Notes under the pieces: model-generated | Database searches by the model: none | Seen by the model: the letters and a program-made list of their open reading frames with translations, nothing else | What the model was told of the DNA's origin: nothing | Program-made: the position numbers and the translations under genes | Part shown: positions 8,401 through 17,600 of the stretch, piece after piece | Numbering within the stretch: the first letter of the stretch is position 1 | How the letters are laid out: every line of letters starts with the position of its first letter | Source of the DNA: Babesia bigemina | Taxonomy: Eukaryota | NCBI RefSeq assembly: GCF_000981445.1 | Contig: NC_027218.1 | Location: 3,410,001 to 3,474,000 of the forward strand | Length of the DNA: 64,000 bases | Direction of reading: 5' to 3'

Positions 8401-11140
8401 CCTCTGTCACATCTATCTCATGAAGCAAAACAAGCTGCTGTTTTATTTTCTGAATGCTCTCCGTTCCTATCCGCTTAGCCTCATCATACGCCCCGAAGTA
8501 TTTATCCCTCAAATCGGTCAAGTTTCCCCTGGCGAATTGGGCGTCTTCTTCGATAAGCTGGAACAGCTCATGGAGAGCAGTGGTGACTTTTTTCAATTCT
8601 TCTTCTGCATATTGTTTTTCACTGTCGATCTTTCCCAATGCTTGTTCTACCTGGGTCTTAATGTCCCTGATCTTCTTTGGAAGTGCGCCTTCAAACTTTT
8701 CTGGCTCATCACCAATAAGGCTATCTTGTTGTACTTGCTTTTCATAATTTACAAATTTACCTCTCTGCAAATCGGATATTCTATCAACATCGGCTGGTCT
8801 GCCCATTGCATCCCCGCCGATCTCCGTATTAAGTTTGTCAGCGACAGCTTTCTGAAATTTGCCTTCTTCGAGCTCAGCGTTAATACTGTCGTACGTAGTT
8901 TTGAATGTCTTCATGATATGATCAAAATCATAATTCTTTGTACCATCGCCGTAATTCTGAGTATCCTTCTTCTTAAACGTTTGCGGGATGACAGTCGATT
9001 TAAGGTTGTCAAGTTTCTGCTTAATGTTTTTATTGAAATCGTCCACCAACGCCTGAAGGCCTCTAGAGTTTTTATGCTGGCTTCCGTCGCTGTACGTAAC
9101 TGGAACGTCACTTTCGTCACCATTATCTACGCCCTTTATGATAACATCCACCTTAGCATTTATAGCTTGCGCAACAGTTCCTATCTCCGACGCAAGTTGT
9201 ATTTCAATGACTTCAATAACTTGGAGTAACACGTCTTTAAAGTGCTGCGATACACTTTTAGCAATGTTGCCTAGGTCTGTAAGTATAGATTCCACTTCCT
9301 CCCTACTTATTGAGCTACTTCTACCAATTAGTTTTGGTAGTATTTGCTGAATAGCAGACACATGCGGTTTAATAATTTCTCTTATACTATCTACACCTTG
9401 AAAATTCTCCTTACCCATTGTCACTGACTGTAAGTCAGTTATCTGAACAGTGCCGTTTGCAATGCCGTCAAGCGCGCGAAGCTCCTGCGCAGCTTCTTTA
9501 ACAGCACTCTGTACATCATCATATATCGCACCGCTTGCGAATTTTTTCCACACTGCACCCATTTTGTTTATCGCCGCCTGGACTTGGACCATCACATTGG
9601 TGTCGAGCGTCATTATATATTCACTAACGGAGTCAAACGCATCGCCTGCTTTTATAGCCTGTAATAATTTGGTTTCACCATTGATCGCAGCGACATCAAG
9701 AATCTGTAACTTACTAAGCTGGCTTTCCACACCGCTGATAGCCTCCTGAATCGCTCTCTGTGTAGCTTCGATTTTTTCGTAAAATCCGTCCGAATTGGTT
9801 TTGAGGGGAGTGAGGATACGAGTTATTGCATCTTCAATCCTCCACAATCCATCCTTCACATGCCCTTCCAACTTCTCATACGGCGTTCTAATCGACTCTT
9901 CGACATGTTTCCAAATCGCTCCCTTAATGGCTCCTTTAACCTTATACAAATCCTCCTTCAGCGCGTCATTCATATCCTTAACCTGCCCAAGCGCTGCAGT
10001 AACTTTCTCTTTGACCTGCGCTTTAGCCGCCTCTCCGGCGCCGTGAAGTATCAATACAGATGCTGTGATCTCCCTTAGAGCACCCTCAATTTTATACGGC
10101 TTCATACTTGAATCACCTTTATTAACCTCTTTTAATATCGAATCAACTCTACCCAAAGCCGCCGTTATGACTATCGTAACTGAATCAATCCACTTAGTTA
10201 ACTCATCCACATACCCTGTCAGCGTTCTTTTTATGTCCTCCAATTGCAACTTGATTTTCGTTACCCTTTCTTTCATATCGTTAATAAGCTTCGTTACTTG
10301 ACCTCTAATTTCCCTATTCACGCAGGCTCCTGCATCAGTCAACACACGTTCAATCTCTCTTTCCATGTCCTGTAGGTGTTTCTCTTCCTTCCTGGATAGT
10401 TCACGCAGATGCTTTGTCTCAAGCTTAACGGAGTCACACGCTATGTTAACTCTGTCACGCAAATTAGAATTAAGATCATTAATCGAAATTTTTATATCTT
10501 TGTGATTACGATCGATATCTAAAGTTTCAAAAAAATTGGTTGCATTCCGAACAGATTGTTTTACTAGGTTTTCGGCGTCCAATGCAGCTTCCTGTGCAGT
10601 CTGAGGCCTGCGTATGTCTATATTCTTATTTAACTCACTTACCTGTTTTTTGAAGGCATCATTTACCTGTTCTAATAATCTGATTATAGGATCTGAAACC
10701 CTTTTATTAGACTTCATGACACCATCATTATACCCCCCCACCCCTTCGACCACCTTCACAATCGCAACACTAAAACCTTTTTTACCGGCGTGTTTATTGG
10801 TCTCAAGTGACGTAATTGCATTGTTTATTTCTCCTTTATGCTGCCCTAAATGCTTGTGGATGTTACTGAGAACACCACTCAGAAATCCCATCACCCCGTC
10901 ACACAGCCTATCCAAGTCGGAGTACACAATTCCAGTGCCGTCGTAGCCTTTGGAGTCAGAGTTGAAGCCGAGGAATTTTTCGAGGCCAGTACAGAGGTTA
11001 GTAAGGATGTTAGTAGGGTTGTTATTTAAGGTATTTTTGAGGTTCACAATTTTGTCAAATTTCTTGTCAAGCTCCCTAGGCGGCACACGGTCAGGGCAGT
11101 GGCAAGAGGTGGAAGAGGGAAGTGAAGGGTGACAAGGCAC
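5462..11140 (-). CDS. ves: VESA-like variant erythrocyte surface antigen G1 (tail A, short N-terminus); start uncertain (leader ATG 11169 out of frame, first in-frame ATG 10891)
   Basis: 1892-codon ORF, GIVYSDLDRLCDGVMGF motif, Cys-rich C-terminal domain, TM, tail HKITAQSLLAAAQVGRLAKISYLQP; family assignment from recalled Babesia VESA features. Confidence 0.85.
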   Translation of the reverse strand: MPCHPSLPSSTSCHCPDRVPPRELDKKFDKIVNLKNTLNNNPTNILTNLCTGLEKFLGFNSDSKGYDGTGIVYSDLDRLCDGVMGFLSGVLSNIHKHLGQHKGEINNAITSLETNKHAGKKGFSVAIVKVVEGVGGYNDGVMKSNKRVSDPIIRLLEQVNDAFKKQVSELNKNIDIRRPQTAQEAALDAENLVKQSVRNATNFFETLDIDRNHKDIKISINDLNSNLRDRVNIACDSVKLETKHLRELSRKEEKHLQDMEREIERVLTDAGACVNREIRGQVTKLINDMKERVTKIKLQLEDIKRTLTGYVDELTKWIDSVTIVITAALGRVDSILKEVNKGDSSMKPYKIEGALREITASVLILHGAGEAAKAQVKEKVTAALGQVKDMNDALKEDLYKVKGAIKGAIWKHVEESIRTPYEKLEGHVKDGLWRIEDAITRILTPLKTNSDGFYEKIEATQRAIQEAISGVESQLSKLQILDVAAINGETKLLQAIKAGDAFDSVSEYIMTLDTNVMVQVQAAINKMGAVWKKFASGAIYDDVQSAVKEAAQELRALDGIANGTVQITDLQSVTMGKENFQGVDSIREIIKPHVSAIQQILPKLIGRSSSISREEVESILTDLGNIAKSVSQHFKDVLLQVIEVIEIQLASEIGTVAQAINAKVDVIIKGVDNGDESDVPVTYSDGSQHKNSRGLQALVDDFNKNIKQKLDNLKSTVIPQTFKKKDTQNYGDGTKNYDFDHIMKTFKTTYDSINAELEEGKFQKAVADKLNTEIGGDAMGRPADVDRISDLQRGKFVNYEKQVQQDSLIGDEPEKFEGALPKKIRDIKTQVEQALGKIDSEKQYAEEELKKVTTALHELFQLIEEDAQFARGNLTDLRDKYFGAYDEAKRIGTESIQKIKQQLVLLHEIDVTEVIGLADDFIQKDARNLQDKYIKSLNQHVDNQVEDAKKLITQKARVDHVTSTQLLLTHFADRVTAHLKGLPEAIEKDKHTGFKGFMEAFEGKPAPPPQWDLYAPRNQSSKLEEFKGAVTKKQASKKEEFKTLSQEFKKLYDPLNTYLVVELKRHHTETMSNRNPSVRVVDGDPIPHTKNVGDLKDKLDALLQHLHDIPAARKHLFDHNFSTKLNTLQSLLDNLRPASYADDSNLLLECLRKGVQGMHDELAKAYISAYDSETFGGEMFEKQKLTPYGAKFAKICFTVVCTLNSTLTDLTHNCKSLRGQQINKSTDVGRSFVGHGYAVSDATLQNGELQNRPTVAGENVAKRLLLPIRGADDNAHLKGCKSNEQRKDNHFHVFDAIDCIFSHFEQYNELCHLLTASARQHPCSVYDILIWLSGFPYTAVYSTMRDITISDLFDNPHKKAAGDDELELTSTDMAAQSITAHPRNISYNYVRKAVDHICATSYDVLTAVVGTGDSRTVYASDFCNNSFNFHYPSDPSDCLDMLLDLLRRLLPVFRFLELQCNITPEHHGWSHCRYGRDIPTTKSQCNEHSGDEANSQARCQVNCQPTSPLMLYLSDSLPGHLPHQLQSVGCRAKCSTCSKSSPGQPCLLPLGFKGFSGSTKTGRQLCDAIKTFLGTGLISSLMCLLPKPPSTLPEHFQFVLTLVGAFNANRDVNSNAVHAAFVKAIKKQSIDLCADPGTLTGALSDAYKNGRSHEVGEHPKASDSDLSTLSMPTTCNYPNKDVHCAPYLTTLHNDAYHYAAEKHAGLYLSWAVYLPWSFWQCLESLFRAFTNISCQDWGCRRCTHGTACKRGKHGAAYNCQCKGLVECRGVISTLYSFGFTFGNPATLSAAEGKRYCHNFYKQLNNVLNSNYFRTLFEKCDEFIFTIRGPFLWMTVALWSLSLFYLICVMVGRLDVLHIRSHLRIPSSHKITAQSLLAAAQVGRLAKISYLQP

Positions 11141-11194
11141 AAGTTATTGCTATGGGTTATAGAGGTCATAGCGGTATTATGGCGAGGTGATTCG

Positions 11195-11278
11195 AGCGAT
11201 GTGGAGTGGGTTAAGGGGCGATGTGGAGTGGGTTAGGGAGCGATGTAGAGTGGGTAAAGGGGCGATGTGGAGTGGGTG
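11195..11278. repeat. Repeat A array, ~4 copies
   Basis: Same 22-bp unit. Confidence 0.9.
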
Positions 11279-11313
11279 ATAATCATCACTTAGGTCATCA
11301 ACTTGGTCACCAC

Positions 11314-11460
11314 TGTCATCGCTGCCGTGACCCTGTCATCGCTGCCGTGACCATGTCATCGCTGCCTAACCATATCATCGCTGCCGTGACCATGTCATCG
11401 CTGCCGTATACATGTCACCGCTGCCGTGACCATAACCATGTCATCGCTGCCGTAACCATC
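11314..11460. repeat. Repeat B array
   Basis: Same 20-bp unit. Confidence 0.9.
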
Positions 11461-11590
11461 AACTTGGTCACCACTTTGGTCAGCACATTGGTCAGCACAT
11501 TGGTCAGCACATTGGTCAGCACTTTGGTCATCACTTTGGTCATGGCATTGGTCATCACTTTGGTCATCACTTTGGTCACCACTTTAGTTA
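11461..11590. repeat. Repeat C array
   Basis: Same 12-bp unit. Confidence 0.9.
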
Positions 11591-11709
11591 ACTACTACAC
11601 AATCACATACAACGATTAATGAGTGATACAACAGATTAAAGCACAATTCATAAGTTAGGTGAGTAGGTGATATGCTAGGTGAGTGTAGATAGTAGACACG
11701 TGAGTACGA

Positions 11710-11886
11710 TTATGGTTGCAGATAAAACACCCTGTTAAGCTTGTTAACACGTGCGGCAGCGAGTAGTGATTGAGCAGCTATCCTGTGACTCGATGGACTA
11801 TTTAAATGCGATTTGATGTGGAGGAGGTCTAGGCGGATGACCATGATGTGGAGGAGGTACAGGAGAGAGAGGAGCCAGAGGGCTAA
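11710..11886 (-). pseudogene. Remnant 3' end of a tail-B ves gene (LALWLLSLLYLLHIMVIRLDLLHIKSHLNSPSSHRIAAQSLLAAARVNKLNRVFYLQP*)
   Basis: Manual translation; matches tails of G4/G5/G7 and retains the tail-B 3' flank (11590-11710); rest of gene absent. Confidence 0.88.
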
Positions 11887-11993
11887 GTTATAATCGCTGC
11901 TGTAACCATTAACTTGGTCAGGCGATTTATCATCAACGCATTCATTACTCTGTCTACAACATTAGATGTCAGTTGCCGATAAGGTTAACGTGA

Positions 11994-12146
11994 TTAGCTG
12001 CGCAGTAGATACCGCACCCTGTGTAACGGCCGGATGCGGAAGTAGACCATGACGCAGATGACGACGATGATGATGAGCATAGGAGCGATGATGTAAGGGG
12101 CGGGGGAGGAGGGAGTAGTCACCTCACTGCTCATGTCATTGATCAT
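11994..12146 (-). other. Orphan R-type TM+tail cassette, 50-aa ORF MINDMSSEVTTPSSPAPYIIAPMLIIIVVICVMVYFRIRPLHRVRYLLRS
   Basis: Manual translation; homologous to C-terminus of s1/s2/s4/s5, no Cys-rich domain. Confidence 0.75.
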
Positions 12147-12247
12147 CAACGCAATTGCTACTCTGTCTAGAACATTAGATGTCAGTCGCCAGTCAGGTGA
12201 TCTGTGGGATTTCGATTAAGAATGTTAGCGCCAACATATTGCTGAGT

Positions 12248-12435
12248 TTAGCTGTAGAACGCGATGCAGAAGGGTATCTTGCGTACGAGGAAATCGCGGA
12301 TGTTGCGGCCCACCGGAAAGCGGAAGATGCACAGGTCGAGCAGGATGATGGCGACGATGATGCCAACGATGACGGCGGCGATGGCCGAGTAGGGAGAGTG
12401 AAGTAGTCACCTCACTGCTCATGTAATTGGCCATC
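12248..12435 (-). pseudogene. Orphan F-type TM+tail cassette (..PYSAIAAVIVGIIVAIILLDLCIFRFPVGRNIRDFLVRKIPFCIAFYS), out of frame with its MSSEVT leader
   Basis: Manual translation; TM frame has an upstream TGA. Confidence 0.75.
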
Positions 12436-12533
12436 AACGCAATCATTACTGTCTAGAACATTAGATGTCAGTTGCCAGTTAGGTGAGCAGTGGAATATGG
12501 ACGAACGATTTATGCGCTACTAAATTGCATAGT

Positions 12534-12680
12534 TCAGCTGTAGAACGCGATGCAGAAGGGAATCTTGCGTACGAGGAAATCGCGGATGTTGCGGCCCACC
12601 GGGAAGCGGAAGATGCACAGGTCGAGCAGGATGATGGCGACGATGACGGAGTAGGGAGGGAGTGGTCACCTCACTGCTAA
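12534..12680 (-). pseudogene. Orphan F-type tail cassette with shortened TM, out of frame with leader
   Basis: Manual translation PPYSVIVAIILLDLCIFRFPVGRNIRDFLVRKIPFCIAFYS*. Confidence 0.72.
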
Positions 12681-12753
12681 TTTTATTTAGCATCAGTACA
12701 ACCATTACTCTGTCTAGCACATTAGATGTCAGTTGCCAGTTAGGTTATTGTGA

Positions 12754-13215
12754 TCAGCTGCGCAGTAGATACCGCACCCTGTGGAACGGCCGGATGCGGA
12801 AGTAGACCATGACGCAGACGACGACGATGAGGAGGGCGACGGCGGCGATGATGTAAGGGACGGGGGAGGAATTGGATGGAGCGGTGGTATGAACAGCACT
12901 GGGTTCACCGGTGGAACGCTGTACGGTGGTAGAAGAGGAGACACTAGGCGATTGGACTGCGAGGGAGGAAGAAGAGCGAAGCTGTCGACGTTCTTCCAAT
13001 TTTTTTTTCTCACAACAGTCACATGGACACAATTTGGTGTCACATTCATTACATCTCTGAGGTTTGCAGTCCCAGAATCCACTCCTTAGCCGAGTAGACA
13101 GATTGAGACATCGAAGACAACTTGGACTCCTACATCCTGCACAACACAAATGACAACAAAGACACTCATGCTCTGTACATCGTTTTGTACACTTACACAA
13201 TGGAGTATAGCCCAT
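12754..13215 (-). CDS. Small Cys-rich single-pass membrane protein s2 (153 aa; R-type tail)
   Basis: Same Cys spacing, linker, TM and tail as s1; GGGAAG-ATG start. Confidence 0.85.
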   Translation of the reverse strand: MGYTPLCKCTKRCTEHECLCCHLCCAGCRSPSCLRCLNLSTRLRSGFWDCKPQRCNECDTKLCPCDCCEKKKLEERRQLRSSSSLAVQSPSVSSSTTVQRSTGEPSAVHTTAPSNSSPVPYIIAAVALLIVVVCVMVYFRIRPFHRVRYLLRS

Positions 13216-13227
13216 CTTCCCGCTTCC

Positions 13228-13665
13228 CTCCCAGTCCCCTCAGCCTGCAAACATATCAATCACCTAAGCAGCACTCACCAACTGCAACACTACCACTGCC
13301 GCTCCCAGTCCCCTCAACCTGCAAGCATGTCAATCACCTAGCAACGCACTCACCAACTGCAACACGTACCACTGCCGCTCCCACTCCCCTCAACCTGCAA
13401 GTATATCAATCACCTAGCAACGCACTCACCAACTGCAACACTACCACTGCCGCTCCCACTCCCCTCAACCTGCGAACATATCAATCACCTAAGCAACGCA
13501 CTCACCAACTGCAACACGTACCACTGCCGCGCCCAGTCCCCTCAACCTGCAGACATGTCAATCACCTAGCAACGCACTCACCAACTGCAACACTACCACT
13601 GCCACGCCCACTCCCCTCAAGCTGCAAGCATATCAATCACCTACGCAAGCACTCACCAACTGCGA
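13228..13665. repeat. Repeat D array, ~6 copies
   Basis: Same ~75-bp unit. Confidence 0.93.
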
Positions 13666-13679
13666 CATGACTTACATAA

Positions 13680-14180
13680 CCCTCACCCCTGTATGCCACC
13701 AGCCCAGGCCACCGACACCCAAGCTGCCCGGGATACCACAGATGCCCTGACGCGGCGCATGTGACTAGCACCAACTGTCACTATAAATTATTCATTATTC
13801 GCACCGCCATTAAAATTGCAGCGACCCGTGCGCTCAACTCCCACAGTGCAGCAGCACCGTGCTACGAGCCGCGGTATCGGCGCCATACTGGCGGAGCGTG
13901 TCGGCTACGTGCCTAAATGTGATATTAACAATCGCTACATTGACGCCTATAAATGCTGCTTAACGAGACCAACGCAGATTACGCCACCCTGCCAGCGACT
14001 CGCAACACACGACTTAGGCCACCCGCCGCGGCCCTCACGACCGCCTACGTCAGCAACCAATCACCCAGCCTCACGTGACACTGACTCAATGGGCAACGCG
14101 GACACCTCTCACAGTCAACGCACAACTCAACGCACCAGGCAATCAACGTGCTACAACACCTACCAAATTACGTTTCATCC
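13680..14180. promoter_or_regulatory. Conserved ~500-bp spacer, copy 2
   Basis: Similar to 4600-5105. Confidence 0.4.
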
Positions 14181-14182
14181 GC

Positions 14183-14535
14183 CAGCTTAGCACTTTGCCT
14201 GGTTGCTACCTTAGCACTTTGCCTGGTTGTTAAGTTAGCACGTTGCCTGCGTGCTAGCTTAGCACTTAGCCTGTGTGCTAGCTTAGCACTTTGCCTGGGT
14301 GCTAGCTCACCACTTTGCCTGGTTGCTAGCTTAGCACTTTGCCTGGTTGCAAGCTTAGCACTTTGCCTGGGTGCTAGCTTAGCACTTTGCCTGTGTGCTA
14401 GGTCAACACTTTGCCTGGTTGCTAGGTCACCACTTTGCCTGGGTGCCAGCTTAGCACTTTGCCTGGTTGCTAGGTTACCACTTTGCCTGGTTGCCAGCTT
14501 AGCACGTTGCCTGTGTGCTAGGTTGACACGTTGCT
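14183..14535. repeat. Repeat E array, ~14 copies
   Basis: 24-bp period (ctttgcctg at 14289, 14313). Confidence 0.93.
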
Positions 14536-14691
14536 CTGTCGTCCACTCATCACCTCATTAGGTGCTATTTAGTTCACAGGTTGCCGCTAGAGTAATTCGA
14601 GACATTAGACTACGTTTGTTTTTTAGGTGAGTAGGTGATTCTCTAAGTGAGTAGTTACGTGAGTTGATGTGAATTACAGACGTGAGTACGA

Positions 14692-17600
14692 TCACGGCTG
14701 CAGGTACGATATCTTGGCAAGCCTTCCGACTTGCGCCGCCGCCAACAATGATTGAGCAGTAATCTTGTGCGATGATGGTGATCGTAAGTGCGATTTGATA
14801 TGGAGCACATCCAGTCTGCCAACCATTACGCAAACGAGGTAGAAAAGGGAGAGTGACCAGAGCGCGAGGACTAGATAGGTGAACGGTTCTCTGATTGTCC
14901 AAATGAAGTTGTCACATTCTTCAAATAATTTGGTGAAGTGTTGCGATTTCAGCAGATTACTCAGCTGTGTACTGAAACTAAGGCAGAATTTCCTGTTAGT
15001 TCCATACAGCGTTTTTGCGTCGCCAAAAGTGAACCCGTACTGGTAGAACGTAGTCATCACTCCACGACAGCTTATCAGTGCCTTGCACTTGCAGCTGTAT
15101 TCGACACCATGCTTACCCGGCTTGCACGAACATTTCGTACAACCGGAGCCTCCACAATCAATCTGCTGGAACGCATCGAGCAATGATTTCAGGTAACTGT
15201 AGAATGTCCACGGTAGATATACAGCCCATGAGAGGTAAAGATCAGCGTGCTTTTTGGCGAGGTACGTGTACGCATCTGAAGATGTGGAGCAGAGGTAGGG
15301 AGCGCAGTGAATATCCCTCTCATGAGGTAGATTGCACGAATCTTTCGACAGGCTCGACAAGTCAGCCTCCGTAGATTTGGAATGGTCTGAGCTGGTGTGG
15401 CCTGCTTGGTTGCGATATGCATTCTGCAGCGCACCTGTGAGTTTGCTTGTCTCTTTGTATAGATCGATGGACAGCGCTTTCGTTTTCGTTACAAAAGCTA
15501 AGCTGACATCACTAGCGGCGTTAGCATTATCTAACATACTACTTAACGTCAACGCAAATTGGAAGTGTTCGGGCAATGTAGATGGCGGCTTGGGCAGCAG
15601 ACCGAAGAGCGCGTTAATATTCGAATTGTCGAAGAATTTGGTCAGCACGGTACATATGTCCTTACCTGTCTTCGTGCTTCCCGAGAAACCCCTAAAGCCA
15701 AGTGGTGTTATACATGGCGCACCGGGTAGGCTTTTGGGACACGTTTTACACTCGGACTTACACCCCGCTGAAACCAACTGGTGAGGCAGGCACCCGGGTA
15801 GGCTGTCGCGAAGATACGACATCAGCGGTGATCTAGGTAGGCAATCGGTTGACTCGTTGGCGGGGTGTTCACCGCATTGCCAATTGGAGTGTTTGACTCC
15901 TCTGCCGTACTGACAGCCGGACCAGCCGTGGTATGCAGAGCTTAGGCCGCATTGAGTATGCAAAAATTTAAGTGAGGGTAGTAGTCTGCGAAGAATGTCC
16001 AATAGCATCTGAAGGCAATCTTCGCCCTTGGATGGGTAGTGAAAGTTCAGCGAATTGGTCGAGTAGTCAACGGCGTACATGGAGTACGCGTCCCCGGTTC
16101 CAGCGATTGTTGTGAGAATATCGTGGGATCTGGAACACAGGCGTTTCACTGCGCGCTGAGTATCGTCCATCGCTATGTTTTGTGGATACGCTGGCAGGGG
16201 TTCGTCGCTGATGTATGTGACGGGAATACCATCGGCGTCTTCGGGCTGTTTACTTGGATCGACGAATAGTTCACTGATAGCGTCATCCAACATATCTTGA
16301 TACACGTTATTGCACGGTAGCCCGGACACCCAGCACAGCATCTCGAATATGTTACATGGACGTTTCCTCGCAGAGAAGGTGGCGATGTGGCTGACTTGAT
16401 AATATGTTTGGAGACAGTCGTGCAGTGTATCCAGTGCGTTTTGCTTAGATTTATCAATGTAATACAAGTGGTGTTCATCTTTCCCGAACATACGTTTGCA
16501 GATGAATAATCCTGTCATGCCTTTACTGTCCTGCAGCTCCCAGTGCTTCTTCCCGTCCTCGGTAACTTTGTAGCCTTGAGTGGCGAAATATTTTCCGAGC
16601 TCTGTGTTTATGTTTATTTGATCGCTTTTACACCTTGCAACGCAGTACTTCAGTAAAGTCTTGAACTCGGAATACAGGATGGAGAGCAGCGACAGGCACA
16701 CTTTAGCGCACTTGTTGCCATCATCGGTCACTTTATCATTTCTTGCGTCGACCAATACCATGCCATCCGAAGCTCCGTCGTACGCGTTTAAATATGTCTT
16801 ACTAAGCTCAGCCGCAAACTTACCCAGCCCCTTACTTATACCGTCAAGCAGCGGAGTGCTCGGCTCAGAAAATGACTCAGGGTGGAGACCATCGACCTCC
16901 GTGGAGAGGATGTCGAGCATCTCAGGCATCTTATTGTCGTACCTATTATGTTCACGAAGATGGTTTAGCAGAATGTTTAGTTCGTTAGTAACGGAATCAA
17001 TCTTGGAAGTGTACAATTTTTCTACGTCGGTGGGCTCGGGATTGGTTTTCTCGTTATTCGCTGCGTGGGCTCGTTTGATCTCTTTTTTGAGGTACGTGTT
17101 GAGTGGATGCCAGAATGACTGGAACTGCTTGGCCAAATCTGTGAATTGCTTGGGATCGTATTTAGTCGAGGACATAGTTGTTGCAACACTTTTAAGCTTC
17201 TCTATATTGACATCGGAAACTGTTCTGCCATTTTCACCAGCAAACGTTCCCATGAAACCCTTGAAGCCCGTAATCAGGTCGTCGCTAATTTCCTGCCGAA
17301 TGCCAGTGAGTTCCTTAGTGACCCTGTCCTCATAATGCAGGAGTAGCATCTTCATAGTGGAAACGTAATCTATCCGGGCTCGTGTTGTGAGCTCCTTTTT
17401 CGCTTTCGCTACTTCTTCGTCGATTTGCTGTTTAAGTTTTTCGGTGGTTTCGTCGCGCAATTTATCTGCTTCAGGTTTGAGGAACTGCTCGCCAAAAGTC
17501 AAGGCTCGAGTCACCGGACCTGCTCGCAATGTTTCAAGGTCATGCTTGATTTTCTTTATGCTATCTTCTGCATCCTTTTTCTTAATGTCGTAATGCTTAA

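Noticed and set aside
7500..10800. Bacterial adhesin (Ebh-like), myosin or SMC identity for the helical middle of the large ORFs
   Set aside because: Generic coiled-coil composition; termini match a Babesia VESA-type architecture
5827..11132. Numerous plus-strand and alternative-frame ORFs overlapping the large genes (also within G2-G8)
   Set aside because: Antisense or frame shadows of long coding sequences; not conserved in extent between paralogues
13816..14190. Plus-strand ORF MQRPVRSTPTVQQ... in the conserved spacer
   Set aside because: Non-ATG start, and frame and length differ among the five copies (frameshifts and stops)
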